Positions 18,062 through 28,854 of a DNA stretch of 64,000 bases are shown here, in pieces. The position numbers were made by a program, and so were the translations under genes. Every line of letters begins with the position of its first letter. The first letter of the stretch is position 1. The notes beneath the pieces were generated by a model, which saw nothing but the letters and a program-made list of their open reading frames with translations, was not told where the DNA came from and made no database searches. Source of the DNA: Candidatus Hydrogenedentota bacterium (lineage in GTDB: Bacteria > Hydrogenedentota > Hydrogenedentia > Hydrogenedentales > SLHB01); assembly GCA_963674865.2 (NCBI GenBank), contig CAXXYE010000004.1:32001-96000 (forward strand). Reading direction: 5' to 3'.

Positions 18062-19395
18062 AGCGCATGCTGCTAGCCGCGATGCTTGTGGCGGCTTCGT
18101 CGCAGGCCGGCGCGGCCTTCGACCTGGAGGATTGGACATGGGAGGCGGCCATCGATGCCGATGCGGCGCCCGGCTTTGCGCGCCTCGTGATTGGGCCTGA
18201 GATCCTCGACAAGAGCCGGCCCGACCTTCACGACGTGAGGCTCCTGGACGACCGCGGCGAGCTTGCGCCCTATGTATTGCACTGGGGGCGTGAGCGCGGG
18301 CATGTCGAAGAGGTGTGGAGGTCGGCCCGTTACTTGAACCGTACCTATCAACCGAGCGAGTACATGCGCGTAACCGCCGATTTCGGCGAGGCCGTCGAGA
18401 AGAACCGCCTGAAGGTGCAGTGCTCCGGTGCGAATTTCCGCCGCCGTGTCCTGCTCGAGGGCAGCGAAGACGGCAGGGAGTGGGCCATTGTTCTCGAAGA
18501 TGCGTGGCTTTTCGACGTTAGCCTGGAAGGCAGGCAATTCCGTGTTGATACTATCGAATTCCCATCCAACAACTTTCGTTTTCTCCGGCTTACGGTGTTC
18601 AACATGGAGGACGACCCACGCCGCATTGAGATCGGCTCTGTCCAAGCGGCCCTTCGCCACGTGCTCGCGGAGGCGGAGCTTGTCGAGGCGCCGGTGCAGG
18701 GCGCGGCGTCCCGGCGCGATAAGGAGCTCAAGAAGAGCGTCTATGAGTTCGATCTTGGATACAGAAATCTGCCCGTCGCCGCCCTTGAATTGGCCGTTGA
18801 GGAGCCTTACTTCTATCGCGCCTACGAAATCCGCGGCCGCAATGCCGCCATGGAGCAGGTGAAGCGTCGGACAGAGACGGGCTGGGATGAAGTCGAGCAG
18901 GAGGCGCCTTGGACAACTGTCCGGTGCGGCGTGTTCTACCGGATTCAGGGCGGGACGAAGGTGTCGGAGTCGTTGCGTATAGATGGCTTGGACGTGCGCT
19001 ATCGCTTCCTGCAACTCACACTTTCCGATGAGGATAACCCGCCTCTCACCGTGGACTTAGAACGCGTCAAGGTGTTGCGTCGAGAGGTTAGCCTGGTGTT
19101 CGACGTGAAGCCTGGAGGGCGATACAGGCTTGTCACAGGTAATCCGTTAGCCTCGGCGCCACGGTTCGACCTGGCCAGGTCGGTGACGCAGGTGGATGAT
19201 TCCGGCCAGCCCATGTTGACGCCCGGGCCGCTTACGCCTCTCGATACCGAGCCTGAGACGCCGCCGTGGAGCGAGAGCCATCAAGTGTTTATGTGGCTGG
19301 CGCTTGCGGCAGGCGTAGGGGTAATGTTGGTGTTGATCCTATTCAACTTGGGGAAACTCAAGGACGTGGATGGGGCATCCAACCACCCGGACTAG
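18058..19395 (+). CDS. DUF3999-like exported protein with C-terminal membrane anchor
   Basis: Signal peptide, SRPDLHDVRL, two discoidin-like modules, DEDNPPL, GNP...PRFDL, C-terminal TM; overlaps the DUF2339 stop. Confidence 0.75.
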   Translation: MKRMLLAAMLVAASSQAGAAFDLEDWTWEAAIDADAAPGFARLVIGPEILDKSRPDLHDVRLLDDRGELAPYVLHWGRERGHVEEVWRSARYLNRTYQPSEYMRVTADFGEAVEKNRLKVQCSGANFRRRVLLEGSEDGREWAIVLEDAWLFDVSLEGRQFRVDTIEFPSNNFRFLRLTVFNMEDDPRRIEIGSVQAALRHVLAEAELVEAPVQGAASRRDKELKKSVYEFDLGYRNLPVAALELAVEEPYFYRAYEIRGRNAAMEQVKRRTETGWDEVEQEAPWTTVRCGVFYRIQGGTKVSESLRIDGLDVRYRFLQLTLSDEDNPPLTVDLERVKVLRREVSLVFDVKPGGRYRLVTGNPLASAPRFDLARSVTQVDDSGQPMLTPGPLTPLDTEPETPPWSESHQVFMWLALAAGVGVMLVLILFNLGKLKDVDGASNHPD

Positions 19396-19870
19396 GGAGC
19401 CGGCCAGAAAGCCACCGGATGATGAGAGACGAGAGTTCTGGACGCTGAGACAAACTGACTTACAAGAGCTTCCTGTCCGCATCCCACCAGGAACCGCACC
19501 TTCACGCCGGACTCCTGAGCGCACTGGCGCGCACAGTCGAAGCAGAGGAGTGTCCGATTTCCGTGCTGCGTCTGGAAGTCCGCAGTGGTATTCACTCCGC
19601 CGGGCGTTCGCAATCTCGGAAATGAGCGTGATATGATGCGTTGTTCTCGTTGGAGTGAACATAAACTCTTGCTCAAACGGGGCTTGTATCCCTGATGTCG
19701 GGGCGGCCAATTGAGTTGCGCCCTGAGCCTTTGGCGGTGAGAGCTTTCGCGATATAGGCAGACTCACCCACTCGGTGAGCCGTTTTCGGCAGTGAAGTTG
19801 TATCCAAGCGCCGAATGTGCGGCAGCGTCGAGTTGCCCGGCGATTGGGATGTCCTCTTGTGGAGGCCGAT

Positions 19871-21304
19871 ATGCAGAAGAAGAACAGCAAGTCCGAATTC
19901 CTGATCCTGCTGTCGTTTCTTGTCGTTGCGACGCTGGTGCTCACCAACGGCTTCGCGGGGCGGATCTTGGCGCAGGAAGAGGATACTTTCAGAAAGATCG
20001 AGCCTATTGCCGACGTCCTGGACAAGATCCTCAAGAATCATGTCTACGAGCCTGACACCGACAAGGTAGTCGAGGGAGCGCTCGAAGGTATGATGAGGAA
20101 GCTGGATCCGAACAGCGAGTATGTTTCGCCTGAACGCTTCGAGCAGCTTACCGAAGACACGCAGGGCCAGTTCGACGGCATCGGCGTATCCATCAAGCCG
20201 GATGATGACGGCCGGATCATCGTCTTCCAGCCCATCGCCGGGTCGCCCGCGGCGAAAGCCGGCTTGCTCGCGGGGGACTGCATTGTTGCCATTGACAATG
20301 CGCCCACGGAGGGCATGGACGTCACGCAGGCCGCGGAGAAGATCCGGGGTCGACGCGGCACCGTCGTGCACCTGACGATCGAGCGAACGCTCAACGGCGA
20401 AGCCGAGATTCTCGAGTTCGACGTGAAGCGCGACAAGATCGCCCTTGAGAGTATTTCGGAGGCCCGGGTTCTTCCGCAGGGGATTGGCTACATCCGTATC
20501 CACGATTTCAAGAAGAATACCGCCGATGACCTGGCGAACGAGATCAAAGAACTGCGCGATGAGGGTATGCGGTCGCTCGTACTCGACCTTCGTTGGAATC
20601 CCGGCGGGCTCCTCAACGCGGCAAAGGATGTCTCCGAACTCTTTCTGCCTCGCAACACCCTCGTGACATATACAAAGGGCCGTGAAACGGATGAAGTGCC
20701 GGCGGACAAGATGGAGTTCTATACAGAACGCGCGCCCATCCTCCCCGAGAACTTCCCCATGGTGGTCCTGGTAAACGAATTGTCCGCAAGCGCATCCGAG
20801 ATCGTGACGGGCGCACTTCAGTTTTACTCAAGGGCCATCGTCGTGGGCACCAAGACCTACGGCAAAGGGAGCGTACAGACCCTGATCGCATTACAGCGTC
20901 CGCCGGGCAGCGCGCTTCGGCTTACCACCGCGTTGTACTACACGCCGGCCCGCGTCACCATCGACCGCATGGGCATCAAGCCCGACGTCGAGGCGCCGAT
21001 GGAGAGGAAGGAATGGGCCGCCCTTTGGACGCAGATGTACAGCTACTATGAAGGGGAGGACCCCTCGCTCAAGAACCAGCAGAACCACGGGGCCGTCACC
21101 GGCAACGAAGTCACGGAAGACACCGTTGAAGATGTCCAACTGAAGCGGGCCGTCGAGATCCTTCTTGAGGATCCTGTGTTCGACAACTTGATCGCGAAAT
21201 ACCACAAGGACCCGCACGAGACTCAGGTTGCTGCCGCGGAGAATGGCGGGCCCGCGCCTGACGAGACGGCGCAGGAAGATACCTATGAAGTTGAGGCCGA
21301 GTGA
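19871..21304 (+). CDS. ctpA: S41 carboxyl-terminal processing protease with PDZ domain
   Basis: LDPNS, GIG, DLRWNPGG, SASASEI, GKGSVQ, LTTALYYTP; GGAGG RBS. Confidence 0.93.
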   Translation: MQKKNSKSEFLILLSFLVVATLVLTNGFAGRILAQEEDTFRKIEPIADVLDKILKNHVYEPDTDKVVEGALEGMMRKLDPNSEYVSPERFEQLTEDTQGQFDGIGVSIKPDDDGRIIVFQPIAGSPAAKAGLLAGDCIVAIDNAPTEGMDVTQAAEKIRGRRGTVVHLTIERTLNGEAEILEFDVKRDKIALESISEARVLPQGIGYIRIHDFKKNTADDLANEIKELRDEGMRSLVLDLRWNPGGLLNAAKDVSELFLPRNTLVTYTKGRETDEVPADKMEFYTERAPILPENFPMVVLVNELSASASEIVTGALQFYSRAIVVGTKTYGKGSVQTLIALQRPPGSALRLTTALYYTPARVTIDRMGIKPDVEAPMERKEWAALWTQMYSYYEGEDPSLKNQQNHGAVTGNEVTEDTVEDVQLKRAVEILLEDPVFDNLIAKYHKDPHETQVAAAENGGPAPDETAQEDTYEVEAE

Positions 21305-21345
21305 ACGCCACGAGCGGACACCTTTCGCGCAGGGCAATGTGAGTT

Positions 21346-22077
21346 ATGGCTGAAGAGCAGATGTCAGAGCGGCCGGGCGGGCGAGCCGATGATGCTATGC
21401 GCCCCGTCGCTATCCAGCGGGGGTACACCCGGTTTGCCGAAGGCGCCGTCCTGATCGCTTTCGGCGATACACGCGTCCTCTGCACGGCGACTATCGAGAA
21501 TCGCGTTCCCGGGTTTCTCAAAGATACCGGCATGGGGTGGGTTACCGCCGAGTACGCCATGCTGCCCCGTTCGGCGCAGGAGCGTATCCCGCGGGAGGCC
21601 GTGAAGAGCGGCCGCGCCAAGGAGATCAGCCGGCTTATCGGGCGTTCGCTCCGATCTGTCGTAGATCTCCACGCTTTGGGGGAGCGGCAGATCATCATCG
21701 ATTGCGATGTCATCCAAGCCGACGGCGGCACGCGTACGGCGGCCATCACGGGCGGCTATGTGGCGCTCCACGATGCGGTGGACGCCTTATTGGGCGATGG
21801 GAAACTCGAGCAGTCGCCCTTGGTTGGCCAGTGCGCGGCCGTGAGCGTGGGAGTCGTCAACGGCACACCACGATTGGACCTCTGCTACGAGGAGGATTAC
21901 GCGGCCGAGGTCGATATGAACGTCGTCATGCGCAGCGATGGCAACCTGATCGAAGTCCAGGGCTGTGCGGAGAAAAAGCCCTTCTCGCGCGCGGTCATGG
22001 AGCGGATGCTCGACCTCGCCGAGTTGGGCATCAAGGACCTTTTCGATGTGCAAGCCGGGGCGCTGGGCCGTGCCTGA
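21346..22077 (+). CDS. rph: Ribonuclease PH
   Basis: [40 protein letters not shown]. Confidence 0.96.
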   Translation: MAEEQMSERPGGRADDAMRPVAIQRGYTRFAEGAVLIAFGDTRVLCTATIENRVPGFLKDTGMGWVTAEYAMLPRSAQERIPREAVKSGRAKEISRLIGRSLRSVVDLHALGERQIIIDCDVIQADGGTRTAAITGGYVALHDAVDALLGDGKLEQSPLVGQCAAVSVGVVNGTPRLDLCYEEDYAAEVDMNVVMRSDGNLIEVQGCAEKKPFSRAVMERMLDLAELGIKDLFDVQAGALGRA

Positions 22078-22666
22078 GTCCCTGCTCCTCGGCACGGGCA
22101 ACCGTGACAAGGCGGCCGAAGTGGCCGAGTGGCTGAAGGGTTTGCCCTGGGTGGTCAAGAGTCTGGCCGATTTTCCTACTGCGCCTGAGCCCGTCGAGGA
22201 CGGCGACACCTTTGAAGCCAACGCGCTCAAGAAGGCCCTTTACTACGCCGAGCGCTTCAACGTGCTCTGCGTGGCGGACGATTCGGGACTTGTCGTCGAC
22301 GCCTTGGATGGAGCGCCCGGCGTCTACTCGGCTCGCTACGCCGGGGAGGCGTGCTCCTACGCGGACAACAATGCCAAGTTGCTCCGTGCCCTCGAAGGCA
22401 CGGCGGAATCGCAGCGGACGGCGCGGTTCATGTGTTGTGCCGCGATTGCGCCGCCGGGGCAGGAGCCGCACGTTGAGCTGGGCACGATCGAAGGCCGGAT
22501 CGGTCTTTCTTGCCGGGGAGCGAACGGATTCGGCTACGATCCCCTCTTCATTCCTGAAGGTTCTGATAGGACCTTTGCGGAGATGTCCCGCGCCGAAAAA
22601 CAGGCGATCAGCCACCGTGGGCGCGCGTTTCTTAAGGTGCGCGCCTATCTGCAAACGCTGCGATGA
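22070..22666 (+). CDS. rdgB: Non-canonical purine NTP pyrophosphatase (dITP/XTP)
   Basis: [35 protein letters not shown] start at 22070. Confidence 0.95.
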   Translation: MPESLLLGTGNRDKAAEVAEWLKGLPWVVKSLADFPTAPEPVEDGDTFEANALKKALYYAERFNVLCVADDSGLVVDALDGAPGVYSARYAGEACSYADNNAKLLRALEGTAESQRTARFMCCAAIAPPGQEPHVELGTIEGRIGLSCRGANGFGYDPLFIPEGSDRTFAEMSRAEKQAISHRGRAFLKVRAYLQTLR

Positions 22667-23280
22667 CGCCCTTGTCTCCCAGTCGCGAAGGCTTGGCCAT
22701 TGCCGCCGCATGTATCCGTTCCGGCGGCATTGTTGCGTATCCCACTGAGACGGTGTACGGACTTGCCGTTGATCCCTTTTCGGAGGAGGCCGTTGCCGCC
22801 CTTTTCGAAGCGAAGGGGCGCGCGCCGGAACAGCCCGTGCTGCTTGTTATCGCCGACCTCGACCAACTCGGCCGGGTGGCTGGAGCCGTCTCCGAACGGG
22901 CATCCGCCTATGCGGAGGCGTTCTGGCCCGGGCCGCTATCCCTGGTGCTGCCGAGGGCGGATGCTTTGCCCAAGGCCGTTACGGCGGGACGCTCGGATGT
23001 CTGCGTCCGGTGCCCGTCTTCGGATGTGACGCGGGCCTTGTGCCGGGCCGCGGGGATGCCGCTGACCTCGACCTCCGCCAATCGCTCCGGTGAGTCGCCC
23101 GCGCGTTCTCTGTCCGAGATCGATTTGCCCGGCGTGGCGTTCGGCGTTGACGGCGGCCGGCTTGAAGACAGTCCTCCTTCAACCGTGCTTGAGCCGGAAC
23201 GGGGCGCGGTGTTGCGGGAGGGCGCCGTGAGCGCGGCGGCGTTGGAAGCCTTCGCGCGCCGGGCCGGCTACTTGTGCTAG
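22663..23280 (+). CDS. tsaC: L-threonylcarbamoyladenylate synthase (YrdC/TsaC)
   Basis: YPTETVYGL, KGR, FWPGPL, STSANRSG, LREG. Confidence 0.93.
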   Translation: MTPLSPSREGLAIAAACIRSGGIVAYPTETVYGLAVDPFSEEAVAALFEAKGRAPEQPVLLVIADLDQLGRVAGAVSERASAYAEAFWPGPLSLVLPRADALPKAVTAGRSDVCVRCPSSDVTRALCRAAGMPLTSTSANRSGESPARSLSEIDLPGVAFGVDGGRLEDSPPSTVLEPERGAVLREGAVSAAALEAFARRAGYLC

Positions 23281-23345
23281 GATGGCATGAAAACGCCCCG
23301 TCCCTGTCCCGTGAATCGGGACGTATTCAGCAAGGAGTCGCATAA

Positions 23346-23789
23346 ATGAAGATTGCCGTTGGCAGCGATCACGCCGGTTACGAAGAGCCTCCGCCCTATT
23401 ACAAGCCCGCAATCATGGAGCATCTGACAGCGTGCGGACACGAGGTCGTTGACTGCGGAACGTCGGGCCCCGAGTCCGTCGATTATCCGGACTACGCCCA
23501 GCGCGTGGCCGACGCCATTCTCCAGGGGGAGGCGGAGCGCGGCGTACTCATTTGCGGCACGGGCATAGGCGTCGGCATTGCCGCGAACAGGAATAAGGGC
23601 ATACGCGCCGCTGTCTGCGCCACGCCGGAGATGGCGCGCCTCGGGCGGGATCACAACAACGCAAACGTAATCTGCCTGGGCAGGCGAATCCTCTCGCTGG
23701 AGCAGTGCATCGAGTTGGTAGACATCTGGCTCGAAGCGCCTTTTAGCGAAGGCGAGCGGCACAAACGGCGTGTAGCGAAGATGGGTTGA
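23346..23789 (+). CDS. rpiB: Ribose-5-phosphate isomerase B
   Basis: [32 protein letters not shown]. Confidence 0.94.
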   Translation: MKIAVGSDHAGYEEPPPYYKPAIMEHLTACGHEVVDCGTSGPESVDYPDYAQRVADAILQGEAERGVLICGTGIGVGIAANRNKGIRAAVCATPEMARLGRDHNNANVICLGRRILSLEQCIELVDIWLEAPFSEGERHKRRVAKMG

Positions 23790-23796
23790 GGTGTCC

Positions 23797-25188
23797 ATGA
23801 GCCAATTGACGCCGCGCGAGATCGTCCAGGAACTGGACAAGTACATCATCGGCCAGGATGACGCCAAGAAAAAAGTCGCTATCGCCCTGCGCAATCGCTG
23901 GCGTCGCCAGCAACTTCCCGAGGAGCTGCGCGACGAGGTGGCGCCGAAGAACATCATCATGATTGGCCCCACCGGCGTCGGCAAGACTGAGATTGCCCGC
24001 CGGCTCTCGCGTTTGGCCGATGCTCCCTTCGTCAAGGTTGAGGCATCGAAGTTCACCGAGGTTGGCTACGTAGGCCGGGATTGCGAGTCGATGATCCGCG
24101 AACTTACGGAGATGGCCATCGGCCTTGTCCGCGCCGAGATGGAGAAGGGATTGCGGGCGAAGGCTGCCGAGAATGCCGAAAAGCGTCTTCTCGACCTATT
24201 GCTGCCGCCGCGCCCGACGCGTCCGCAGCGGGTGTTTCGGCCCGGCGATCCGGGTGCCGGCGATGAGGCGCCTGCCCCTGTCCCGGCCGAGGATGGCGCG
24301 GAAGTGCGGACTCGGGAGGTATTGCTCAAGAAATTGCGGGCGGGAGATCTGGACGACCGCGAGGTCGATGTCGAGGTTCGCGAGATGGGCGCCACGTCCA
24401 TGATGCAAGTGTTTTCCAACGCCGGTATGGAGGAGATGGGCGTGAACGTCCAGGAGATGTTCGGCCGGTTGATGCCTCAGCGAACGAAGCGGCGGAAGGT
24501 AACCGTGGCGGAGGCCCGCGAGATCCTCCAGCAAGAAGAAATGCAAGACCTTATCGACACCGATCAGTTGGTGGTGCAAGCCATCGAGCGCACCGAGAAC
24601 TCCGGCATCGTTTTCCTTGACGAGATCGACAAGATTGCGGGCCGGGGTGCGGCGGGCAAGGGGCCGGATGTGTCGCGGGAAGGCGTGCAGCGGGATATCC
24701 TTCCCATTGTCGAAGGCTCCACGGTGACGACGAAATACGGGCCCGTCCGCACGGATCACATCCTCTTCATCGCGGCCGGGGCGTTCCACATGACGAAGGT
24801 ATCGGATCTGATCCCGGAGTTGCAGGGCCGTTTTCCCATCCGCGTGGAACTGGAGAGTTTGGAGGCGAAGGACTTTGCCCGCATTCTGCGCGAGCCCAAG
24901 AACTCGCTTATCAAGCAGTATAGGGCGCTGATGGCCACCGAGGGGGTGACGCTCGACTTCACCGACGAGGCGGTCGAAGCCATCGCACAGGTGTGCCAAC
25001 GCGTCAACGAGGAGAGCGAGAATATCGGCGCCCGCCGGCTGCACACCATTATGGAATGCCTGCTCGAGGATCTTTCTTTCGACGGCCCCGCGCGCCGAGG
25101 AGATTCGGTGTGCTTTGACGCGAGGGCAGTTGGCGAGAGGCTGTCCGGTGTTGTCGAGGATCGCGATCTGAGCAGGTACATTCTGTGA
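23797..25188 (+). CDS. hslU: ATP-dependent protease ATPase subunit HslU
   Basis: [52 protein letters not shown]. Confidence 0.97.
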   Translation: MSQLTPREIVQELDKYIIGQDDAKKKVAIALRNRWRRQQLPEELRDEVAPKNIIMIGPTGVGKTEIARRLSRLADAPFVKVEASKFTEVGYVGRDCESMIRELTEMAIGLVRAEMEKGLRAKAAENAEKRLLDLLLPPRPTRPQRVFRPGDPGAGDEAPAPVPAEDGAEVRTREVLLKKLRAGDLDDREVDVEVREMGATSMMQVFSNAGMEEMGVNVQEMFGRLMPQRTKRRKVTVAEAREILQQEEMQDLIDTDQLVVQAIERTENSGIVFLDEIDKIAGRGAAGKGPDVSREGVQRDILPIVEGSTVTTKYGPVRTDHILFIAAGAFHMTKVSDLIPELQGRFPIRVELESLEAKDFARILREPKNSLIKQYRALMATEGVTLDFTDEAVEAIAQVCQRVNEESENIGARRLHTIMECLLEDLSFDGPARRGDSVCFDARAVGERLSGVVEDRDLSRYIL

Positions 25189-25901
25189 TCCGCTTCGAGG
25201 CGTTCGAGCGGCTCGGGGCGGCCGTCGCGGCCATTTCCGACAGATCGGACGGAGATTGTGGACTACGGACGGCCTCTTCAGTTTCCGAAGCAATTGCCGC
25301 TCGCCAAGCCGTCTGCGGCTCGTGCGGCGTCGATAGCGATAGCCTTGTATGCGCCCAACAGACGCACGGGACGGCCACTGTGTGCGTAGACGCCTCCCAG
25401 CGCGGGCGTGGCGCCCGGGAGTGGGAAAGCGGATTGCCCGACACGGACGGGCTGATTACTCGTTCGAGAGGGCTGCCTCTGGCTATGTTCGTGGCGGATT
25501 GCGTGCCTGTTTACCTGCTCGATCCCGAGACGGGAGGCGGAGGACTTGTCCATGCCGGGCGCGAGGGAACCTATCGCGGCATAAGCCCTTTGGCTGTTGA
25601 AGCGATGCAGCGGGAATTCGGGACAAAACCGACGGACCTCCACGCGCTCATCGGGCCGTCAGCGGGCCCATGTTGTTATGAGGTATCCCCCGAGCTTGCC
25701 CATGCCTTCGCGGAAGCGGGACTTCCCGTCGACGGCCGGCATCTGGATCTCTGGCAAGCGAACGCGCAACAGCTTACGGCGGCGGGACTCTCTCCCGGGC
25801 GGATTACCGTGAGCGGTATCTGTACCATTTGCGACGGGCGTTTTCACTCCCACCGCGCCCAGCCGAACGCCGGCCGCAACATGGCGCTGCTGATGTTGTG
25901 A
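25185..25901 (+). CDS. pgeF: YfiH/PgeF family protein (purine nucleoside phosphorylase/laccase-like)
   Basis: [34 protein letters not shown]. Confidence 0.9.
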   Translation: MIRFEAFERLGAAVAAISDRSDGDCGLRTASSVSEAIAARQAVCGSCGVDSDSLVCAQQTHGTATVCVDASQRGRGAREWESGLPDTDGLITRSRGLPLAMFVADCVPVYLLDPETGGGGLVHAGREGTYRGISPLAVEAMQREFGTKPTDLHALIGPSAGPCCYEVSPELAHAFAEAGLPVDGRHLDLWQANAQQLTAAGLSPGRITVSGICTICDGRFHSHRAQPNAGRNMALLML

Positions 25902-25952
25902 CGCGAAACAAGAGCGGGGGAGGGGAGGGCAAGAACCTGTGGACGTGTCACG

Positions 25953-28175
25953 TTATTCCGATCCATAGAGTTGGTAGTGAACGACGCCTTGCGGATCCCG
26001 AGCCGCTCGGTAGGCATGGCTGTCACGTCTCACGAAGGCCATATCCGTCTCTCCTGGCTTCCGCTCTACTACCTCCTCAAGCGCGACATCGCCGTGATAG
26101 CTACTGCCATTCCAAGGCTCTAAGCTGCCCTGCTTGAGTCGCTCAGGTGTACTGATGAAGACGGTATCTTCGGCTACAGTGAAGCTCAGTCCAAATGGCC
26201 TGAGCAGGACGTTTAGTCCATCGCGCAAGTTGGTGTTCCAGAGGGCCACGTTGAGAACGTCGTCTGTAGCGGCTGGTGTGTGTGGAATCGCCGCCGCGTC
26301 GAGCGTGAATTCCTTGTCGAAGGCCGCTGCAAGAAGTTGGCAGGTTGTGGCCAGGTCCGGCACGTCGCAGAACAGCTCGACGGCCTCGCCCATGAATGGG
26401 GCGTTTTGGCCTGGGATGTTCTCATACACACCGGCTTCTCTCGCCAGCATCTTGGGCGAACTGATCCAGATGTAGCCGTTCTCGACGGAGTAGGCAAGGT
26501 TCAACGGCCGCAACAGGGCAGGCAGCACATCGCGCAACGCGATTTTGTTCATGTCGATGTAGTACACGATGCCGTCCGTCACCTGCAGGTTCGTTGGCGA
26601 GCCTCCTTGCCGTTCTTCTTGTTCATCTGCGGCCATTCGCTCCAGTACCTTCTCCGGCGGCTGCACAACGCGGGAATCAACGGCAACGTTCATGTTGAGG
26701 TAGTTGCCTACGAACTCGAGGATGTTCATCACGTGTTCGCCCTCGAACACTAGGCCCAAGGGCGACGCCAGTTTCTTTTCGATGTTGTAGCGGTCGTAGC
26801 GCTCATCGGGCAGCGGGACGACTTCCTTGTGGATCTTGTCCGGCGTGCTGATCCAGATGAAGCCTGGCTCCTCGACGAAATCCAGGCCGAGGGGGTAGAG
26901 CACGTATTCGAGCATCTCGAGGGCGGAGACATTGTCCACCCTCACATGCTCGACCATGCCGTCCGTGGCATATTCGCCGAACAAGTCAGGTCGAGCCAGG
27001 CATCTCTCTGTGGGCCCGTCATCGCCCCGGCGCACGCGCGTACCTCGGGATGTCTTGAGCACACGCCGATCCACGGCAATGTTCACCTTGAGATACTGGC
27101 TCAAGAACTCGACGATGTTGACAATACTCTGTCCTTCGAACTCGATGCTGACGCGAGTGTCGAGGGCCTTTTCAATGATGGGATTCTTCTGGCGTTCTTC
27201 GGGCGGCGTGGTGGCGGCGTTTGCTAGGGCATTGTGAAGTGTCTTGGCCAAGAGCCTTTGGCCGGCGGATTCCTCTGCATTTCCATCGTGCGACGGCCTG
27301 TGTGAGTGCGACGCCGTAGTGGCCGTGATTGGCGCTGGCGCTGGCTTCGCCACTAGAGCGACCTCCTCTTGGACACTCTTCACCGACGGTGTCGCCTCGG
27401 ACTTGTGTCTGGATGCCACGATGTACACCAGTCCGGCAGCCGCGATGATGACCACGAGCGCTGTCGCCGCCTTGAAGGCCGTGGCGGCTCGCGCCGTTGA
27501 AGCTCCCGTGTCGGCCTCAGACATGCGTTGGCCCTTTGGGAGCAGCCACGATGCCTGGCCGAAGGGAATCACCGCGAGGATCCGCCCTCTTAGATCCTCT
27601 GAGGGGCCGTCTGAAGCGAGCGCGGCCACGGTTTCCACCTCCAGTATTCCCCTTAGTCTCTTCCGCCCCAGTTCTAGGCGTTTCTTCACTGCGTCGGTGG
27701 TGACTCCGAGGAACTGGGCGATCTCGGCGGCTGTGTAACCTCCGATATAGTGGAGGGAAAGGCTCTCGCGGTACTTCACCGAGAGGGCGCCCATCTTGGC
27801 CAGGATCCCGGCCCGCAGTTCATCTCTTGACAGGGCCTCATCGGGCGGCTCGGCCGTCAGGCAGCCTTCGCTCCGAGCACATGTCGTGTATCGTTCCATC
27901 GCGTTCTCCCTGCGGGAGCGTGCCCGCAGCCACGTCAGACACTGACTCCGGACCAGACGGCCGAACCAGCAGGGGAACGCGGCGGGGTCGCGGATGGTGT
28001 TGAGCCGGCGGTAGCAATGGACAAAACTCTCCTGCACCACATCCTCGCGGTCGCTCCCGTGTCGGATGTAGCCGGCGGAGAGCGCCCATGCGTAGGCTGT
28101 ATAGCGTTCGACCAGGTCGGCAAATAGCTCCTCTTCTCCTGCGAGAATGCGGCTGATAGCTTGCGCGTCCGTCAC
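25953..28175 (-). CDS. ECF sigma factor with C-terminal extension (TM plus three STN-like repeats)
   Basis: Region 2 EDVVQESF...DPAAFPCW, region 4 EIAQFLG...VKKRL, TM ALVVIIAAAGLVYIVA, three repeats ending (W/F)ISTP or WISSP; AGGAGG RBS. Confidence 0.85.
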   Translation of the reverse strand: MTDAQAISRILAGEEELFADLVERYTAYAWALSAGYIRHGSDREDVVQESFVHCYRRLNTIRDPAAFPCWFGRLVRSQCLTWLRARSRRENAMERYTTCARSEGCLTAEPPDEALSRDELRAGILAKMGALSVKYRESLSLHYIGGYTAAEIAQFLGVTTDAVKKRLELGRKRLRGILEVETVAALASDGPSEDLRGRILAVIPFGQASWLLPKGQRMSEADTGASTARAATAFKAATALVVIIAAAGLVYIVASRHKSEATPSVKSVQEEVALVAKPAPAPITATTASHSHRPSHDGNAEESAGQRLLAKTLHNALANAATTPPEERQKNPIIEKALDTRVSIEFEGQSIVNIVEFLSQYLKVNIAVDRRVLKTSRGTRVRRGDDGPTERCLARPDLFGEYATDGMVEHVRVDNVSALEMLEYVLYPLGLDFVEEPGFIWISTPDKIHKEVVPLPDERYDRYNIEKKLASPLGLVFEGEHVMNILEFVGNYLNMNVAVDSRVVQPPEKVLERMAADEQEERQGGSPTNLQVTDGIVYYIDMNKIALRDVLPALLRPLNLAYSVENGYIWISSPKMLAREAGVYENIPGQNAPFMGEAVELFCDVPDLATTCQLLAAAFDKEFTLDAAAIPHTPAATDDVLNVALWNTNLRDGLNVLLRPFGLSFTVAEDTVFISTPERLKQGSLEPWNGSSYHGDVALEEVVERKPGETDMAFVRRDSHAYRAARDPQGVVHYQLYGSE

Positions 28176-28259
28176 GGTTCTGCCTCCTGTATGTGTGTGC
28201 CCTACCGATCAAAGGATGCCAGAAAGGCGGGAAAGGTGAAAACCGCAGGCAACAGGGGA

Positions 28260-28289
28260 TTGCGGTCATCAGGCGCTTTATGCTAGGAT
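28260..28289 (+). promoter_or_regulatory. sigma70 promoter of the rimP-nusA-infB operon
   Basis: TTGCGG-N18-TAGGAT with extended TG. Confidence 0.6.
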
Positions 28290-28316
28290 CGGGAACGGAG
28301 TAGTGTGGTTTTTCGC

Positions 28317-28343
28317 AAGAGTGGGTTTAAACCCACTCTTTTT
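28317..28343 (+). terminator. rimP leader attenuator hairpin
   Basis: AAGAGTGGGT-TTAA-ACCCACTCTT-TTT between the promoter and rimP; matches the known rimP-leader pattern. Confidence 0.8.
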
Positions 28344-28382
28344 AGTTGTCCGAGTTCCTCGCTCGCGAGTTGGAGAGCTGCC

Positions 28383-28838
28383 ATGGAGTCGAGCCAGATA
28401 GTCCGCCGTGTCTGGCAAGAACTCGAGCCCGAACTCGAAGAGCAAGGGTTTGAGCTTGTCGAAGTGGAGTTCGGACAACATGGCGGGCCGTTCAGCTTGT
28501 GTTTGTACGTCGATAAGGAAGGTGGAGTTACACTGGACGATTGCCAGGCCGTGTCGCAGCTCGTGAGCCCGCTCTTGGATGCAGGCGACTTCGTGCGTGG
28601 AAGGTACATGCTCGAGGTCTCGTCGCCCGGTATTGACCGGCCCATTCGCCGCCCGAAGGACTTCGAACGGTTTGTGGGCGAGAACGTAGTGATTACTGCC
28701 CTCGTGCCGGTGGACGGGCGCAAGCGGTTCAAGGGCACGTTGCGGGCGTTTCGGGACGGATTGGTCTCAGTCGAGTGTGATGGGAGGACCGTCGAGCTAC
28801 ACGTTGAGAATCTGAAAAAGGCAAAGCTGGACCGTTAA
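28383..28838 (+). CDS. rimP: Ribosome maturation factor RimP
   Basis: GVTLDDC..VS, YMLEVSSPGIDRP. Confidence 0.95.
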   Translation: MESSQIVRRVWQELEPELEEQGFELVEVEFGQHGGPFSLCLYVDKEGGVTLDDCQAVSQLVSPLLDAGDFVRGRYMLEVSSPGIDRPIRRPKDFERFVGENVVITALVPVDGRKRFKGTLRAFRDGLVSVECDGRTVELHVENLKKAKLDR

Positions 28839-28854
28839 CCAGACGAGGTGCGCT

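Noticed and set aside
15722..19395. DUF2339/DUF3999 pair as a novel system
   Set aside because: Function unknown, but this is a commonly seen gene pair and nothing window-specific stands out beyond the upstream RNA
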